DNA of 64,000 bases from Candidatus Omnitrophota bacterium (GTDB lineage: Bacteria; Omnitrophota; Gorgyraeia; Duberdicusellales; 4484-171), in contig JBDRAN010000048.1 in the NCBI GenBank assembly GCA_043823745.1, positions 896-64,895 of the forward strand, in the 5' to 3' direction. Below the pieces are notes generated by a model. That model saw only the letters and a program-made list of their open reading frames with translations, did no database searches and was not told where the DNA came from. Numbering within the stretch: the first letter of the stretch is position 1; every line of letters starts with the position of its first letter. Position numbers and translations under genes: made by a program. Of the stretch, positions 17,987 through 28,739 are shown piece after piece.

Positions 17987-19603
17987 ATGCTTTCCGTTAA
18001 TGATGTCTCTTTACGCTATGGCCAGCGTAAGCTTTTTTCCGGCGTCAATATCATTTTTTCGTCAGGCAACTGCTATGGGTTGATCGGAGCCAACGGTTCG
18101 GGCAAATCCACGTTTCTTAAGATCCTTTCCGGCGAAATTGAGCCTACGACAGGGGGGGTTGTTGTTCTGCGTGGCAAGCGCATATCGGTTTTAAAGCAGG
18201 ATCAGTTTGCATTTGATGAGTTTTCAGTTTTAACGACGGTCATTATGGGGCACAAACGGATTTATGATATTATGACGGAAAAAGAAAGATTGTATGCGAA
18301 AGCCGATTTTTCAGATGCCGATGGTATGCATATTGCCGACCTCGACCATGAATTTTCCGAGTTAAACGGCTGGAATGTTGAGTCCGAAGCAGCGCAGCTT
18401 TTAAGCCGTTTAGGTATTGCCGAAGAATTGTGCCCGCTGCCCATGAAGCAGCTTGAGGCGGGACTTAAGGTGCGCGTGCTCCTGGCACAGGCCTTGTTGG
18501 GTAATCCGGACATCTTGCTTCTTGATGAGCCGACCAATCATTTGGATATAGAGGCATGCATGTGGCTGGAGGAGTTCTTGTGCGATTTTGAAAACACCGC
18601 TATCGTCGTTTCCCACGATCGCCATTTTTTGGATAAGGTGTGCACGCATATTGCGGATATTGATTTCGGTAAGATCCAGCTCTATCCGGGTAATTATACT
18701 TTTTGGCAGGAGTCAAGCCAGATCGCGCTACGACAGCGCAGCGAGACGAATAAAAAGATTGAAGAAAAAAGAAAAGAACTGCAGGATTTTATTATGCGTT
18801 TTAGCGCAAACGCTTCCAAGGCCCGGCAGGCTACCAGCCGAAAAAACAGTTTAGAGAAATTAACCATTGAAGAGATCCGTCCATCGTCCAGACGATACCC
18901 CTACGTTGGTTTTGAGCAAGAGCGCGAGGCCGGTAATGATTTGCTGCATATCAATAGCTTGTCGAAGTCGCTGGATGGACAGGTAAGTTTCGAGAATCTT
19001 AATATTACGATTGAAAAGGGGGATAAAGTTGCTTTTGTCGGCCCTCATGATTTGATCAAGACCACGCTGTTTGAAATTTTGATGGATGAGGTGAGCGCGG
19101 ATAGCGGAAATTTTAAATGGGGGGTCTCGACCCGGCGCGCGTATTATCCGAAAGACAATATTAGTTATTTTGATGATGATCGTACTCTTATTGATTGGCT
19201 TCGTCAATTTTCAGACAACACAGATGAAAATTTTGTACGTGGATTCTTGGGGCGCATGCTCTTTTCCGGCGACGAATCGTTCAAGTCCGTCAAGGTTCTT
19301 TCCGGCGGGGAGAAGGTCAGATGTATGCTCGCGCGCATGATGCTTATGCAGGCAAATGTTTTGATTCTTGACGAGCCGACCAATCATCTGGACCTCGAGT
19401 CATTGACGGCGCTGAACCGGGGCCTTGAGAAATTTCGCGGCACCGTTCTTTTTTCTTCTCATGACCACGAGCTTGTTCAAACCGTGGCTAATCGTATTAT
19501 CGAGATCACGCCCAAAGGCTATATTGATCTCGTCAGTACGACCTTTGATGAATATCTGGCCGACGAGAAGACCAGGGAACGATTAAAAAGTTTTTATCGG
19601 TGA
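17987..19603 (+). CDS. ABC-F ribosome-associated ATPase (YbiT/YkpA-like)
   Basis: Two ABC domains, DEPTNHLD twice, FSANASKARQATSRK linker. Confidence 0.9.
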   Translation: MLSVNDVSLRYGQRKLFSGVNIIFSSGNCYGLIGANGSGKSTFLKILSGEIEPTTGGVVVLRGKRISVLKQDQFAFDEFSVLTTVIMGHKRIYDIMTEKERLYAKADFSDADGMHIADLDHEFSELNGWNVESEAAQLLSRLGIAEELCPLPMKQLEAGLKVRVLLAQALLGNPDILLLDEPTNHLDIEACMWLEEFLCDFENTAIVVSHDRHFLDKVCTHIADIDFGKIQLYPGNYTFWQESSQIALRQRSETNKKIEEKRKELQDFIMRFSANASKARQATSRKNSLEKLTIEEIRPSSRRYPYVGFEQEREAGNDLLHINSLSKSLDGQVSFENLNITIEKGDKVAFVGPHDLIKTTLFEILMDEVSADSGNFKWGVSTRRAYYPKDNISYFDDDRTLIDWLRQFSDNTDENFVRGFLGRMLFSGDESFKSVKVLSGGEKVRCMLARMMLMQANVLILDEPTNHLDLESLTALNRGLEKFRGTVLFSSHDHELVQTVANRIIEITPKGYIDLVSTTFDEYLADEKTRERLKSFYR

Positions 19604-19659
19604 GTTCACCGGCGATGTCGGCGGCTGGTGAGCGTGCGTTGCATCTTTCTCTAAAATAA

Positions 19660-21549
19660 TTATTCGACTATCCCTTCTAAATATTCCCAACGTTCGTAAG
19701 CCTTTTGGATCTCACGCGACAATAATTCCGACCGAGTTTTGATTTTTACGATCTCTGCAGTATCTTTTTGATAAAAATTAAGATCAGTCAAGAGAGCATA
19801 TAGTTCTTTTTGCTCGGTCTCTAATTTTTCAATCATTGCAGGAAGATTATCCAGTTCACGTTGTTCTTTGAATGTACGTTTTCGCAAACGTGAGGGACTT
19901 TTCTGCCGAATAATTTTTTGCGTAGTTTGTGGTTTCATCACGCCCGACGCAACGGGTTTTCGCTGGTTTGACCAATCGTCATAACCACCGGCATATTCAT
20001 TGATTATCCCGTCTCCTTCAAGCACCAGGGTCGAGGTTACTACGTTATTGAGGAAAGTCCGGTCATGGCTGACTAACAGAAGCGTACCGGGATACTCAAG
20101 CAGTAATTCTTCCAATAGCTCGAGGGTTTCGATGTCCAGATCATTGGTTGGCTCATCCATTACCAAAACATTGGAAGGTTTGGAAAAAAGGCGCGCAAGA
20201 AAAAGACGGTTACGTTCTCCTCCTGAGAGAACCTTGATCGGTGTACGCGCCCTGTCGGGAGTAAAAAGAAAATCCTGCAGATACCCGATTATATGCTTTG
20301 GTTTACCGTTGACGATGACGGTGTCGGACCCATCGCTGACATTCTCAGCAACGGTTTTGTCTTCATGTAATTGTTCGCGAAGCTGGTCGTAATACGCAAC
20401 ATGAATGTTCGTACCGAGGGTAACCTTACCTTTTTGGGGTGCTAGCGTGCCTAACAAGAGACGCAACAATGTCGTCTTGCCGCTGCCGTTAGGCCCGATT
20501 ACACCGATCTTGTCGCCACGCATCACGTGAGTGGAGAAATCTCTGACGAGGCATTTTTCATCGTACCCAAAACCAAGATGTGAAACCTTAATGACGCGAT
20601 GTCCGGAAGGATCTGCTTTCTGTGCCCGCATGCGAACTTGCCCGACTGTTTTGCGCTGCTCTTTTTTTTCTTTTCTTAAGCGCTCCAGCGCCCTGACGCG
20701 GCCTTCATTACGGCATCGGCGGGCCTTGATTCCTTTGCGTATCCAAACCTCTTCTTCGGTCAACTTTTTATCAAAACGTTCCCATTGTGTTTCTTCGATA
20801 TCGAGCGCTGTTTGCTTACGCTGGAGGAAGGTCTTGTAGTCACACGACCAGCTGAATATCCGTCCGCGGTCAAGTTCAATGATCCTTGACGCTAGACGAC
20901 CCATAAACATCCTGTCATGCGTGACAAAAAAAACGGTCCCCGGATACGTGAGCATAAATTCTTCAAGCCAGATCATTGAATCGATATCGAGATGGTTTGT
21001 CGGTTCATCGAGCAATAAAACCTCCGGCTTGCACGCCAGCGCCCGGGCTAGGAGCGCTCTACGTTTTTGTCCGCCGGATAACCGGACAAAATCACCGTCA
21101 GGATCAAGCTTCATCCTTACAATAACTTCCTCAACTTGATTGTGTATATCCCAGCTATTGGTATGATTAAGCTCATCCTGTAAGATATCGAGTTGTCGCA
21201 GCAATTCCGGAGATTGTTCCGTTTGGAGGCGATGGGCCACGTGGTGGTGCCGGCTTAATAGTTCTCCGCGCGCGCCCAGTCCCGAGAGAACGATATCAAA
21301 AACAGTACCCGTAATAGTAACAGGAACTTCCTGTGGTAGGTGGGCGACCTGAATTCCTTTTTGCACAATGATGTTGCCGTGGTCAACCTGCTGTTGGCCG
21401 CACATAACGTTCATTAAGGTTGATTTCCCTGCGCCGTTGCGGCCAAGCAGGGCGATACGCTCACCGGGCTCAATCTGCAAGCTTACGCGATCGAAGATCA
21501 GAGGCCCGCTTAATGCCAGGCTAATTTCCTGTAAGCTAATAAATGCCAT
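19660..21549 (-). CDS. uup: ABC-F ATPase Uup
   Basis: EEVWIRKGIKARRCRNEGRVRAL linker and C-terminal coiled coil. Confidence 0.88.
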   Translation of the reverse strand: MAFISLQEISLALSGPLIFDRVSLQIEPGERIALLGRNGAGKSTLMNVMCGQQQVDHGNIIVQKGIQVAHLPQEVPVTITGTVFDIVLSGLGARGELLSRHHHVAHRLQTEQSPELLRQLDILQDELNHTNSWDIHNQVEEVIVRMKLDPDGDFVRLSGGQKRRALLARALACKPEVLLLDEPTNHLDIDSMIWLEEFMLTYPGTVFFVTHDRMFMGRLASRIIELDRGRIFSWSCDYKTFLQRKQTALDIEETQWERFDKKLTEEEVWIRKGIKARRCRNEGRVRALERLRKEKKEQRKTVGQVRMRAQKADPSGHRVIKVSHLGFGYDEKCLVRDFSTHVMRGDKIGVIGPNGSGKTTLLRLLLGTLAPQKGKVTLGTNIHVAYYDQLREQLHEDKTVAENVSDGSDTVIVNGKPKHIIGYLQDFLFTPDRARTPIKVLSGGERNRLFLARLFSKPSNVLVMDEPTNDLDIETLELLEELLLEYPGTLLLVSHDRTFLNNVVTSTLVLEGDGIINEYAGGYDDWSNQRKPVASGVMKPQTTQKIIRQKSPSRLRKRTFKEQRELDNLPAMIEKLETEQKELYALLTDLNFYQKDTAEIVKIKTRSELLSREIQKAYERWEYLEGIVE

Positions 21550-21752
21550 GTTGTAATAAATTTTTTTCTTCGTATGAAGGATTACGAAAGACAAATCGCT
21601 GCAAAGAGTGTTGCGCCGAAACAGTACATGTAAAGGTGGAAAATTTCACGAGGCGCATAGAAGAGGACCCGGGTTTGATTGCCGCCCCCGGGAAATAAAA
21701 CGGAGGCGTATCAGGTATTGACACGCCTCCGTTAGTTTACCGGTAAAGCAGA

Positions 21753-21920
21753 TTATCTACGACCGGTATCTTTATGCTTCGAAAAGCATTCCTTGCAGTA
21801 TACCGGACGGTCTTCTCTGGGTTTGAAAGGTACTTCACACTCTTTCTTGCAATCGGCGCATGTTGCCTTATGCATTTCCCTCGGGCCACTGTTGAATCTA
21901 CCACCATCTTGATATCCCAT
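21753..21920 (-). CDS. CxxC-x17-CxxC domain protein (not in ORF track)
   Basis: MGYQDGGRFNSGPREMHKATCADCKKECEVPFKPREDRPVYCKECFSKHK; AAGGAG SD. Confidence 0.85.
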   Translation of the reverse strand: MGYQDGGRFNSGPREMHKATCADCKKECEVPFKPREDRPVYCKECFSKHKDTGRR

Positions 21921-21933
21921 GTTACTCCTTTTT

Positions 21934-22098
21934 TTATCCTCCGGTGAGCTCAGCCTCTGAGCCTGTTGGAGAGTTTTTTACTTCGTCGTTAGCTTGTGCA
22001 CCCTTTTTATCTAACTTGCGCTGTTGTTTTTCTTCTTTCTTCTTTTTCTTTGCCAACTCTCTGGCATATTTTTTATATGAATAGTTGTCTCGTGCCAA
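21934..22098 (-). CDS. small Lys-rich basic protein (not in ORF track)
   Basis: TTG start after AAGGAG; MARDNYSYKKYARELAKKKKKEEKQQRKLDKK. Confidence 0.7.
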   Translation of the reverse strand: MARDNYSYKKYARELAKKKKKEEKQQRKLDKKGAQANDEVKNSPTGSEAELTGG

Positions 22099-22228
22099 GG
22101 TATTCTCCTTTTTGTTTATATACGTAACAGTCCCAGATTATACATCAAAAAGCCTTACGCGTCAAGTGGAGAGATACCGGTGGACAAATGCGCCTGATGC
22201 GAGTACAATAAGCATTAAGGTGTTAACT

Positions 22229-22390
22229 ATGGGATATAAAGGGAAGATCAAGGCTAATAAGAAACGCAGGGTATGTAAGGTTTCAGGTTGTGACCATATT
22301 TTGAGTATATACAACCCCGAGATTAATTGCCATGTTCATCAGCAACTTACTAAGATGAGGATTCCCTCAGCACCTCTTGCCAGGCGTTAA
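22229..22390 (+). CDS. small basic Cys/His protein
   Basis: RRVCKVSGCDHILSIYNPEINCHVHQ. Confidence 0.6.
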   Translation: MGYKGKIKANKKRRVCKVSGCDHILSIYNPEINCHVHQQLTKMRIPSAPLARR

Positions 22391-22644
22391 CGGCTCTTTT
22401 TATGGGCGTGGCATTCTTTATCAAAAGCTCGATTGCTGCCTTACGAGTACGGCTATGTCGTGAGAGGTTTCCTTTCAGCTGTTATGAGAAGGCATGAAGC
22501 CCCTTTCGCGAGTCGGTACAGACACTAATCCCCTAACTCGATTGTATCAAACTCTACGACATGCGTTTAAAAAAAAGGTTTAGTGTTCCTGGCGGGGAAA
22601 CCTTTACGGGAGTCTTATTGGCTTGGGGGGCGCGGTGTATTTCA

Positions 22645-23352
22645 ATGAACGCGAGAATCAAAGATACGTTAAAGTCTATCATTCCGGGGCATGTCCGTTC
22701 TATGCTCAGGAGGATTCAGTTTCTGATTTTTTCTTTGATAAAGCGGGCGTACTCAAGAATTTTTCTTGGTTTAAAAAAGGGTGACCTCGAAGGCACCCAT
22801 CTGTTGTTGCATATCGGGTGCGGAACGTTAGTTAAAGCGGGATGGATCAATGTTGATCTTGACCCTGGCCGAGGCGCTTTCTTTCTTGATGCAACGAAAG
22901 GCCTGCCTTTTGGATCCGGCGCCGTCAAGCACATCCATTGCGAGCATTTTCTGGAGCATCTTGAATATCCCGCTGCAAAAAAGTTTCTTCAGGAGAGTTA
23001 TCGGGTTCTTGAGCGAACCGGTTCGATACGGATTATCGTGCCCGACGCCGAGAAGTATTTTAAGGCATACTACGAGAAAGATACGAGCTTTTTTGACAAA
23101 TTAAAATACTTAGGCGGAACGGCCCAGCCTTTACGTACTAATATTGAGATTGTTAACCAGATGTTTATGATGGGAGGAGCCCATCGTTTTGCCTGGGATT
23201 TTGAAACCCTGGCTTTGATGTTACATGAGAGCGGTTTTTCGGAAGTCCGCAAATCAGCATTTGGAGATATCAGCCCGGAATTAGATATTGACGGTTCCGA
23301 TGAATGGCGTCTCCTGGAAAGCCTCTATGTTACTGCATTCAAAAGGGCTTGA
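22645..23352 (+). CDS. Methyltransf_11-like methyltransferase
   Basis: LHIGCG..GWINVD, EHFLEHL, RIIVPD. Confidence 0.85.
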   Translation: MNARIKDTLKSIIPGHVRSMLRRIQFLIFSLIKRAYSRIFLGLKKGDLEGTHLLLHIGCGTLVKAGWINVDLDPGRGAFFLDATKGLPFGSGAVKHIHCEHFLEHLEYPAAKKFLQESYRVLERTGSIRIIVPDAEKYFKAYYEKDTSFFDKLKYLGGTAQPLRTNIEIVNQMFMMGGAHRFAWDFETLALMLHESGFSEVRKSAFGDISPELDIDGSDEWRLLESLYVTAFKRA

Positions 23353-23433
23353 TTCAATAGCAAAGAAGTGGGATAATTTCGATCGGGGTGGGGATCAATC
23401 GTCTTTTATCGGCGAGCGTTCAATAAAACAAGG

Positions 23434-24561
23434 GTGAAAATTATAAAGAACATGAAAGATATAAATATAATTCCTAAGTCAAGAACATTCCGATACGGGA
23501 TAACGATTGTTGGGTTTTTCATCGCGATAGCTCTTGCTACTACCGACCAATATATCAGCGAGCACCCGGCCCTTATTATCTTTTACCTAATACCCGTTTC
23601 TTTGGTTACGTGGTTTTCCGGGGCGGTCGCGGGTGTGGCCATAGTTTTATGTAGTACTATTTTTTGGTTTTTAAATAGTATTCCGGCTGCCAAGGATTTA
23701 TACGCCTATCCGTTATTTTTCTATGTCAATATGGCCGCACGGGGTTTATTCCTGTTTATTGCTGTTTATTTTCTCCAAAGGCTTAAATCTGCCTTGATAC
23801 ATGAAAAAGAGTTAAGCGACCTTAAAACCACATTTGTGGCCAATGTTTCTCATGAGCTGAAGAGCCCTTTAAGTATTATAAAAATGAACCATGATCTTAT
23901 GCTTGACGGGCTTCTCGGAGATATCAAGCCTGATCAAAAAAAGGTGCTTGAAACGGGCGTGAAAGAGGTGGAGCGCCTTGTCCGGTTAATAACAAACTTA
24001 TTGGACGTTTCAAAAATGGAAGAGGGAAAGATACAGCTTCACACGGAACAGATACATATTGAGGAATTCATGCGCCAGGTCGCGCAAAAATACGAAGTGG
24101 CGCTTTCCAGGAAGCAGTTAAAAATTATAACTGACATTCAAAGGGATATCGGTTCCTTATGCGCTGACCCTGATAAGCTTGAGCAAGTCGTTGTTAATCT
24201 CTTAAGTAACGCCAGAAAATATTCGCCGTTCGGCGGCACGATTACTATTAGGCTTACCGGCACCGAGGACGAAGTGCGGTGTGAAATATCAGACACCGGT
24301 CCGGGTATCGCCAAGAAAGATATGAAAGCGTTGTTCAACCGTTTTGAGCGCATTAAGGTCGAAAGACAAGAGGGTACAGGTTTAGGCCTTCCTATTACGA
24401 AGGGTATTGTGGAGTTTCACCAAGGAACACTGCGGGTAGAAAGCGAGGTCGGGAAAGGAAGTACGTTTATTTTTGTGTTACCTAGAGAGCAAGGAAGTAC
24501 AGAGAAAATACCGAATGCAAGCCCGGCTATCGCCCAGGAACAGACCGGGAGAAACGCCTAG
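23434..24561 (+). CDS. membrane sensor histidine kinase
   Basis: SHELKSPL H-box, NLLSNARKY, DTGPGI, GTGLGL. Confidence 0.92.
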   Translation: MKIIKNMKDINIIPKSRTFRYGITIVGFFIAIALATTDQYISEHPALIIFYLIPVSLVTWFSGAVAGVAIVLCSTIFWFLNSIPAAKDLYAYPLFFYVNMAARGLFLFIAVYFLQRLKSALIHEKELSDLKTTFVANVSHELKSPLSIIKMNHDLMLDGLLGDIKPDQKKVLETGVKEVERLVRLITNLLDVSKMEEGKIQLHTEQIHIEEFMRQVAQKYEVALSRKQLKIITDIQRDIGSLCADPDKLEQVVVNLLSNARKYSPFGGTITIRLTGTEDEVRCEISDTGPGIAKKDMKALFNRFERIKVERQEGTGLGLPITKGIVEFHQGTLRVESEVGKGSTFIFVLPREQGSTEKIPNASPAIAQEQTGRNA

Positions 24562-24690
24562 AGTTTTTATCGAAAAATGCGGCTGTCGTCGGAATAGATC
24601 AGTTTTTGCTATCGATAACCACAAGACTATTTTTTTCTATTGTAGTAAACCGCCGGTATATGTGAGTAGCAACGCAAAGGAGGATCGGTC

Positions 24691-25059
24691 ATGAAGAAGA
24701 TTCTTATCGTCGATGATGAAGAAGATCTATTGATGCTCCTTGAACAGCGATTGTTGGCGAATGGTTACTCCGTTATAAAGGCGACTGGCGGTGTTGAAGC
24801 CATAAAACTCGCAAAGGAAAAACAACCCGATCTCGTGCTTCTTGATATATGGATGCCGGGCGTCGGCGGCGTGGAAGTCGCTGAAGCATTAAAGGCTAAC
24901 CAGGAAACAAAAAATATTCCGATCGTATTTTTAACCTGTCTCTATACAAGGGAAGATGAAAGAAGCAAGGGTCATATTATACAAGGGCAGTATTTTATCG
25001 CCAAACCATATGATCCCCAAGAGCTTTTGTCAGAGATCAAGGGCCGCATAGGCGTTTAA
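24691..25059 (+). CDS. single-domain response regulator
   Basis: IVDDE, LLDIWMP, AKP. Confidence 0.92.
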   Translation: MKKILIVDDEEDLLMLLEQRLLANGYSVIKATGGVEAIKLAKEKQPDLVLLDIWMPGVGGVEVAEALKANQETKNIPIVFLTCLYTREDERSKGHIIQGQYFIAKPYDPQELLSEIKGRIGV

Positions 25060-25171
25060 GGGGCCTGCGTGGTCACGCGGAGCAGCGGACCTTCATGCTC
25101 ATGATACCATAGAGCTTTAACTTGAATTTAAACTTTTTTCGAGATAGAATCAATTGAAATAAACATAAGGG

Positions 25172-25549
25172 GTGGTGGCGATGGAAACACGGTTAAGTAC
25201 CCGCATTCTCGTCGAGTTAAAAGTTGTTTCAAAGATCGAAGAGTCAGCGGCATCGAAATTTTCTCTTGCTTCAGGGAATGTTTTTGAGGCTACGGCCGTT
25301 GATATCAGCGAAACAGGCATTAGTTTATCATCAAAGTTTTTCTTGCCTGCACAACTGGTCGTGCAGCTTAATTTTGATACGGGTAGTTTCGGTATACCGG
25401 GCACGCTATCAATTAAGGGTGAGGTGCGTCATTGCGAAAACCTGAAAGAGTCTGGCTATAAAGTAGGTATTCATTTTCTTGATATACCTGATACCTTTCG
25501 TGCGGCACTGAGCCACTATATTGCCTCTAACGAGCATCGTAAAGTGTAA
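25172..25549 (+). CDS. PilZ domain protein
   Basis: RLSTR and DISETG. Confidence 0.8.
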   Translation: MVAMETRLSTRILVELKVVSKIEESAASKFSLASGNVFEATAVDISETGISLSSKFFLPAQLVVQLNFDTGSFGIPGTLSIKGEVRHCENLKESGYKVGIHFLDIPDTFRAALSHYIASNEHRKV

Positions 25550-25687
25550 CGTACCAGGTTTCCCGGTCCCGCAGGTCATTTTTTATCTGTGGAGCTATTG
25601 GCGGTATCAGAAGGCGGTGTAGATGCGCCAACGAGTTCATCCTTTCTTTCCGTAAATCTTCCCTATAATACGATATGTTGAGATAGT

Positions 25688-26434
25688 GTGATGTCGGTAC
25701 TATTATCAGTTTCGGGGTTGCGGAAGACATACAACGGTTTTGTTGCGGTCGATGGAGTTTCGTTTGAGGTTAATCGCAACGAGATTGTCGGGCTTCTGGG
25801 GCCAAATGGGGCGGGGAAAACCACCACTATCAATATGGTTCTTGGAGTTTTGGAGCCCGGCGCGGGGTCTGTTACTATTAATGGGTTTAACCTTGCGCGC
25901 GCGCGTTCACAGGCAATGGCGCGCACCAACTTTGCCGCCGTCTACGCCCCGCTACCGGGGAATCTGACCGTGTTGCAAAACCTGGCCATCTTCGGGCGCC
26001 TCTATGGAGTAAAAAATCTTTCAACGCGCATTACGGAGCTTCTTGCTCAGTTTGAACTGGACGCTTTGTGTCGTAAAAGGTGCGGGGTGCTTTCGTCGGG
26101 TGAGCAGACGCGCGTCGGGCTCGCCAAAGCGATGCTTAACCGTCCGGAGCTTCTTCTTTTAGATGAACCAACCGGATCGCTTGATCCGTCTACGGCGCGC
26201 GATGTCCGCATTAAAATCCGCGATTTTGCGACAAAAGAGAATGGAGGAGTGCTTTGGACATCGCATAATATGTACGAAGTTCAGGACGTATGCGATCGCG
26301 TACTTTTTCTTTCTCACGGTAAAATCCTGCTCGAGGGAAATCCTAAAACATTGCCTGCAGAACACGGGAAAAAGAGCCTTGAAGAACTCTTTATTACGGT
26401 AGCCCGCGAGCCACTCACCCTGGAGGCGAGCTGA
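25688..26434 (+). CDS. ABC transporter ATP-binding protein
   Basis: GPNGAGKT, LSSGE, LLDEPT. Confidence 0.92.
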   Translation: MMSVLLSVSGLRKTYNGFVAVDGVSFEVNRNEIVGLLGPNGAGKTTTINMVLGVLEPGAGSVTINGFNLARARSQAMARTNFAAVYAPLPGNLTVLQNLAIFGRLYGVKNLSTRITELLAQFELDALCRKRCGVLSSGEQTRVGLAKAMLNRPELLLLDEPTGSLDPSTARDVRIKIRDFATKENGGVLWTSHNMYEVQDVCDRVLFLSHGKILLEGNPKTLPAEHGKKSLEELFITVAREPLTLEAS

Positions 26435-26439
26435 CTACT

Positions 26440-27243
26440 ATGTTATTACACCGCATCTATGCAATCGTGCTTCGGCAGATCTATCTTATTCGGGGAAGTT
26501 TTTCGCGTGTCTTTCCGCTTTTTGCCTGGGTGGTGGTGGACATGGTCCTCTGGGGATTTCTTACCCGTTACCTCAATACGGTCGCTGCGCCTGGATTCAA
26601 TTTTGTACCGGCGTTGCTGGGTGCTGTATTGTTGTGGGACTTTTTTATCCGCATCATGCAGGGCGTGACCATGGCGTTTTTCGAGGATGTCTGGTCGCGT
26701 AATTTTCTTAATATTTTTTCCACGCCGCTTTTAATCTCCGAGTACGTTACGGGCCTTGTCTTTTCGAGTATTACCACAAGTGTTGTTGGCCTGGCTGCGA
26801 TGCTTTTTATTGCATCCGTAATTTTTAAGCTTTCATTTTTTATCTATGGTTTGATGATCATTCCTTTTCTCCTGGTGCTTTTTTTGTTTGGTATTGCGAT
26901 CGGTATTTTCGGAAGTGCGTTGGTGCTTCGCTTCGGTCCCGCGGCGGAATGGTTTATTTGGCCTATCCCTGCGTTGATCTCTCCGTTTGCCGCCGTTCTG
27001 TATCCGGTTGCAATTCTTCCGCATTGGATGCAGATTATTGCGCGTTGTCTTCCGCCGTCGTACGTCTTTGAGGGCTTGCGGTTGATTGTTGCCGGGAACA
27101 GGGCTCCATTGGCGCCACTAGTTATTGCGACGTGCCTTGCGTTGGGGTATATCATGCTTTCGTATCTTTTTTTTACACGTATTTACCGTCACGCACTGCG
27201 CACCGGCCTTATTGCCCGCTATAGCGCCGAGAGTATTAGTTAG
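26440..27243 (+). CDS. ABC-2 type permease
   Basis: Multi-TM; YPVAILPHWMQIIARCLP. Confidence 0.88.
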   Translation: MLLHRIYAIVLRQIYLIRGSFSRVFPLFAWVVVDMVLWGFLTRYLNTVAAPGFNFVPALLGAVLLWDFFIRIMQGVTMAFFEDVWSRNFLNIFSTPLLISEYVTGLVFSSITTSVVGLAAMLFIASVIFKLSFFIYGLMIIPFLLVLFLFGIAIGIFGSALVLRFGPAAEWFIWPIPALISPFAAVLYPVAILPHWMQIIARCLPPSYVFEGLRLIVAGNRAPLAPLVIATCLALGYIMLSYLFFTRIYRHALRTGLIARYSAESIS

Positions 27244-27409
27244 CGAGAAATGAAACAATGTTCAAGCCGGAAAAATGGTGTGTTAATTTTGTTTTTTTGT
27301 GGTAATCTAATAGTAATGGAGCCGCAGCCCCTTATGTTTTTGTCTTGCATGAACGTTGAAAGTTCATATGCGTGCTCGCGTGAGTATTAATCAATAAAAC
27401 TCGACTTTT

Positions 27410-27766
27410 ATGAATGAAAAAAGAAAGTTTCCGAGACTCAATGTAACTGAGGTCATCGTTAATTTAAAAAAAGAGGAATTATCGGAGAAGGCTGCTCACA
27501 CAAAGAACATTTCTTGCGGTGGTGTCTGCTTGGCTATTGATGCAAGCGAGACCGTGGCTGTGGGCGATATCGTACGTCTTGAATTCCGGTTACCTAAAGG
27601 GGAAATTATCAATTCCAAAGGAAAGGTGGTCTGGACGGAATCATTCGATATAATATCTGAGAAGACTGAAACGCGTTCCGAAGCCGGAATCGAGTTTCTC
27701 GATATGAGCGGAAACGACAGGAGCGTAATCTCTCAATTTGTGATGAGCCGGTTGCCGGTGATCTAA
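27410..27766 (+). CDS. PilZ domain protein
   Basis: RKFPR and NISCGG. Confidence 0.85.
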   Translation: MNEKRKFPRLNVTEVIVNLKKEELSEKAAHTKNISCGGVCLAIDASETVAVGDIVRLEFRLPKGEIINSKGKVVWTESFDIISEKTETRSEAGIEFLDMSGNDRSVISQFVMSRLPVI

Positions 27767-28159
27767 CGCTATTGTCTGTAGTGGGGCTCGCGGAAAGTTC
27801 CGAGAAGGATCGTGAAATATTTTTTAGTAATTGCTCGGTGAGCACACCCGTAAGCTCGTTTGTCGTATCTTCATTTCTTTCCTTTCGGTAGCTGCCTATT
27901 ACCGAACGCCTCACGTCCCCTGAAGCACGGGATCACGAAATCTTCCTTTTTCGTATTGAGCATACGTATTGAATCGAATAAATCTTTTGATACAATAATG
28001 GTGCGGTAAGTCTGCCGCAAAAAGCCTTATCGTTCCTTTGGAGTGATTTCTAGTCCGTGCCCCGCGCTGTTTACGGATTTTATTTAGTAGTTTCATTAAA
28101 CATTGGGAGAATGCGGCGGACCTGAAATATATACCATCAAACCCAATATCAAGGAGCAT

Positions 28160-28654
28160 ATGAAAAGACTGTTACCATTATTTTTTCTTTTAAGCGCGTG
28201 TGGCTTTTTTATGGTTGTAACTTCTTTGAGGGTGCCGGCCCACGCAGCAATCATAAAGTGCGCTCACTGCAAGGGAACGGGGTTTGTAGGCGAGCGAAGA
28301 GAATGCACCAAGTGTGACGGCAAAGGCATGATTACATGCACGCGCTGCATAGGAGCCGGAGATACTCCTTGTAAGGCGTGTTCAGGGAAGGGATCCCAGA
28401 GGGCACAGTGTCTTGTCTGTAACGCAACGGGTACCCTGAATAATCAGCCGTGTGAGGCATGCGATGGGAAAGGCTGGATAACAAAGGCTTGTTCTTATTG
28501 CGGTGGGCTTGGAAAAGTGCGTTGTCCCCGATGTAACGGCAGAGGCCAGGAAACCTGTTCTCGATGTAGAGGTCGGGGCAAGAGAATGCTGCGTGTGCCC
28601 TGTAAAGTATGCGCCGGAAAAGGAAAGATCATACCTGAGAAAATTATTAAGTGA
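28160..28654 (+). CDS. exported protein built of ten DnaJ-type CxxCxGxG zinc-finger repeats
   Basis: AAGGAG SD, signal peptide ending PAHA, ten CxxC motifs. Confidence 0.75.
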   Translation: MKRLLPLFFLLSACGFFMVVTSLRVPAHAAIIKCAHCKGTGFVGERRECTKCDGKGMITCTRCIGAGDTPCKACSGKGSQRAQCLVCNATGTLNNQPCEACDGKGWITKACSYCGGLGKVRCPRCNGRGQETCSRCRGRGKRMLRVPCKVCAGKGKIIPEKIIK

Positions 28655-28739
28655 ACGCAGTCCATGATCCGGGCGTTCACCGGGCACGAAAAAACCCGAT
28701 CGGGCGGCGATCAGGGTTACGGATCGCGGGAAGAAAACT

